Source: Octopus bimaculoides (lineage: Eukaryota). From it: DNA of 64,000 nt. The position numbers were made by a program, and so were the translations under genes. Location of the stretch: positions 72,478,176-72,542,175 of the forward strand of contig NC_068987.1 of the NCBI RefSeq assembly GCF_001194135.2, in the 5' to 3' direction. The notes beneath the pieces are model-generated. The model saw only the letters and a program-made list of their open reading frames with translations. It ran no database searches and was not told the origin of the DNA. This document shows, piece after piece, positions 62,867-64,000 of the stretch (positions within the stretch are counted from its first letter, which is position 1; every line of letters starts with the position of its first letter).

Positions 62867-63968
62867 CTAATTGAGAGAAAAAAAAAATATTTTAACATAA
62901 TAATGGTTTATATATTAACCAGCTTCAGGTTTATGAATATACATAGAGAATATGAAATAAAACCTGTTCTTTATGGAAAAGTCTGTGAAAGATAGAGCCT
63001 GCATTATATATAAGGGTCATACAATTATAGGTAATGAAATCCTTCATAGAAGTGGTTCAAAATATAGTCAAAAACAAGAGGGGAATGTGGTGGAATAAGT
63101 CCTTTATATGATGAGAAATTATTTTAACCTTTTAAGCATGTGAATCATCACTAAGCCATGAAACAGAAGTCATCAATAAGTTATCCTGATTGTGGTAGAA
63201 TTATATGTAAGGCATGCTCTATCTGTTTTACAATTAAATCCAGTTACAATGCAGATCTCAGGTGGAGTCATGGAGTCAAACAGTAAAGACAGACATGTGG
63301 GACCCTTGAATTCTAATGTAGCTAACAATACAGCAACTATTTTGGTATGTGTGCGAGTGTGTGCATGCTTAGAAACAACACAAACAGCCCACGCGCACAC
63401 ACATTCACACACACACAGAGTTTAAAAGAATAACCACACACACACACATACATACATATATAGTTTAAAATAACCAGAAAGCAGATTGCTGGTATTTCAA
63501 TTCTATCATTACAATAGTTTATCATCAATAATTAGTACATATTATATCGATAATGACCCATCTCATTAGATGGCGTCTTAAAACACACACATGTACATAC
63601 ATACATATATGTACATATATACATATTATATATATATATATCTATCTGTGTATGCATATGCATATATGTGAACGAGCATGGCTTAGTAGTTAGGGTATTC
63701 AGCTCATAATTGTAAGGCTGAGAGTTCGATACCCAGTAGTGCAGACACTATTTTATTGCTCCAGTCTACTCAGCTGACACAAATGAGTAGTACCTGCATT
63801 TAAGAGGGCCAGCCTTGTTACATTCTTTGTCATGCTCAATCTTCCTGAGAACTACATTAAGGACATGCATGTCTATTGGGGTGCTCAGCCACTTGCACGT
63901 TCATTTCACAAGCAGGCTGTTCCGTTAATCAACTGGAACACTTGTTATCATAACTGATGGAGTGCCAG

Positions 63969-64000
<32 letters not shown>

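Noticed and set aside
62867-64000. First coding exon of ATG4
   Set aside because: No phase-1 exon with the expected N-terminal motif was found; it is probably beyond the window.

Overview
AT-rich, repeat-dense animal genomic DNA from a gapped assembly. The SINE, RTE and microsatellite landscape suggests Octopus (inference). Two spliced genes face each other tail to tail. ALG6 (+ strand, 14 coding exons, 6430-39850, 523 aa) is complete. An ATG4C/D-type cysteine protease (- strand, 8 exons, 48074-62866) lacks its first coding exon(s), which were not found in the window. All exons were assembled by hand because most are missing from the ORF track. The rest is transposon-derived: a deleted hAT element, a family of Ty3/gypsy-type LTRs around the ALG6 5' end, hairpin MITEs, RTE and R4/Dong-like LINE fragments, and SINEs. 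Two observations stand out. (1) ALG6 intron 6 has U12 minor-spliceosome signals and keeps the conserved HFQYN motif only if it ends in AT, making it a GT-AT intron. (2) The LTR family has a covarying ~50-nt terminal hairpin and non-canonical TG...TA ends. Its 1.85-kb non-autonomous copy has two tRNA-Trp primer-binding sites, one complementary through the tRNA T-arm, interleaved with extra copies of the LTR-end motif.
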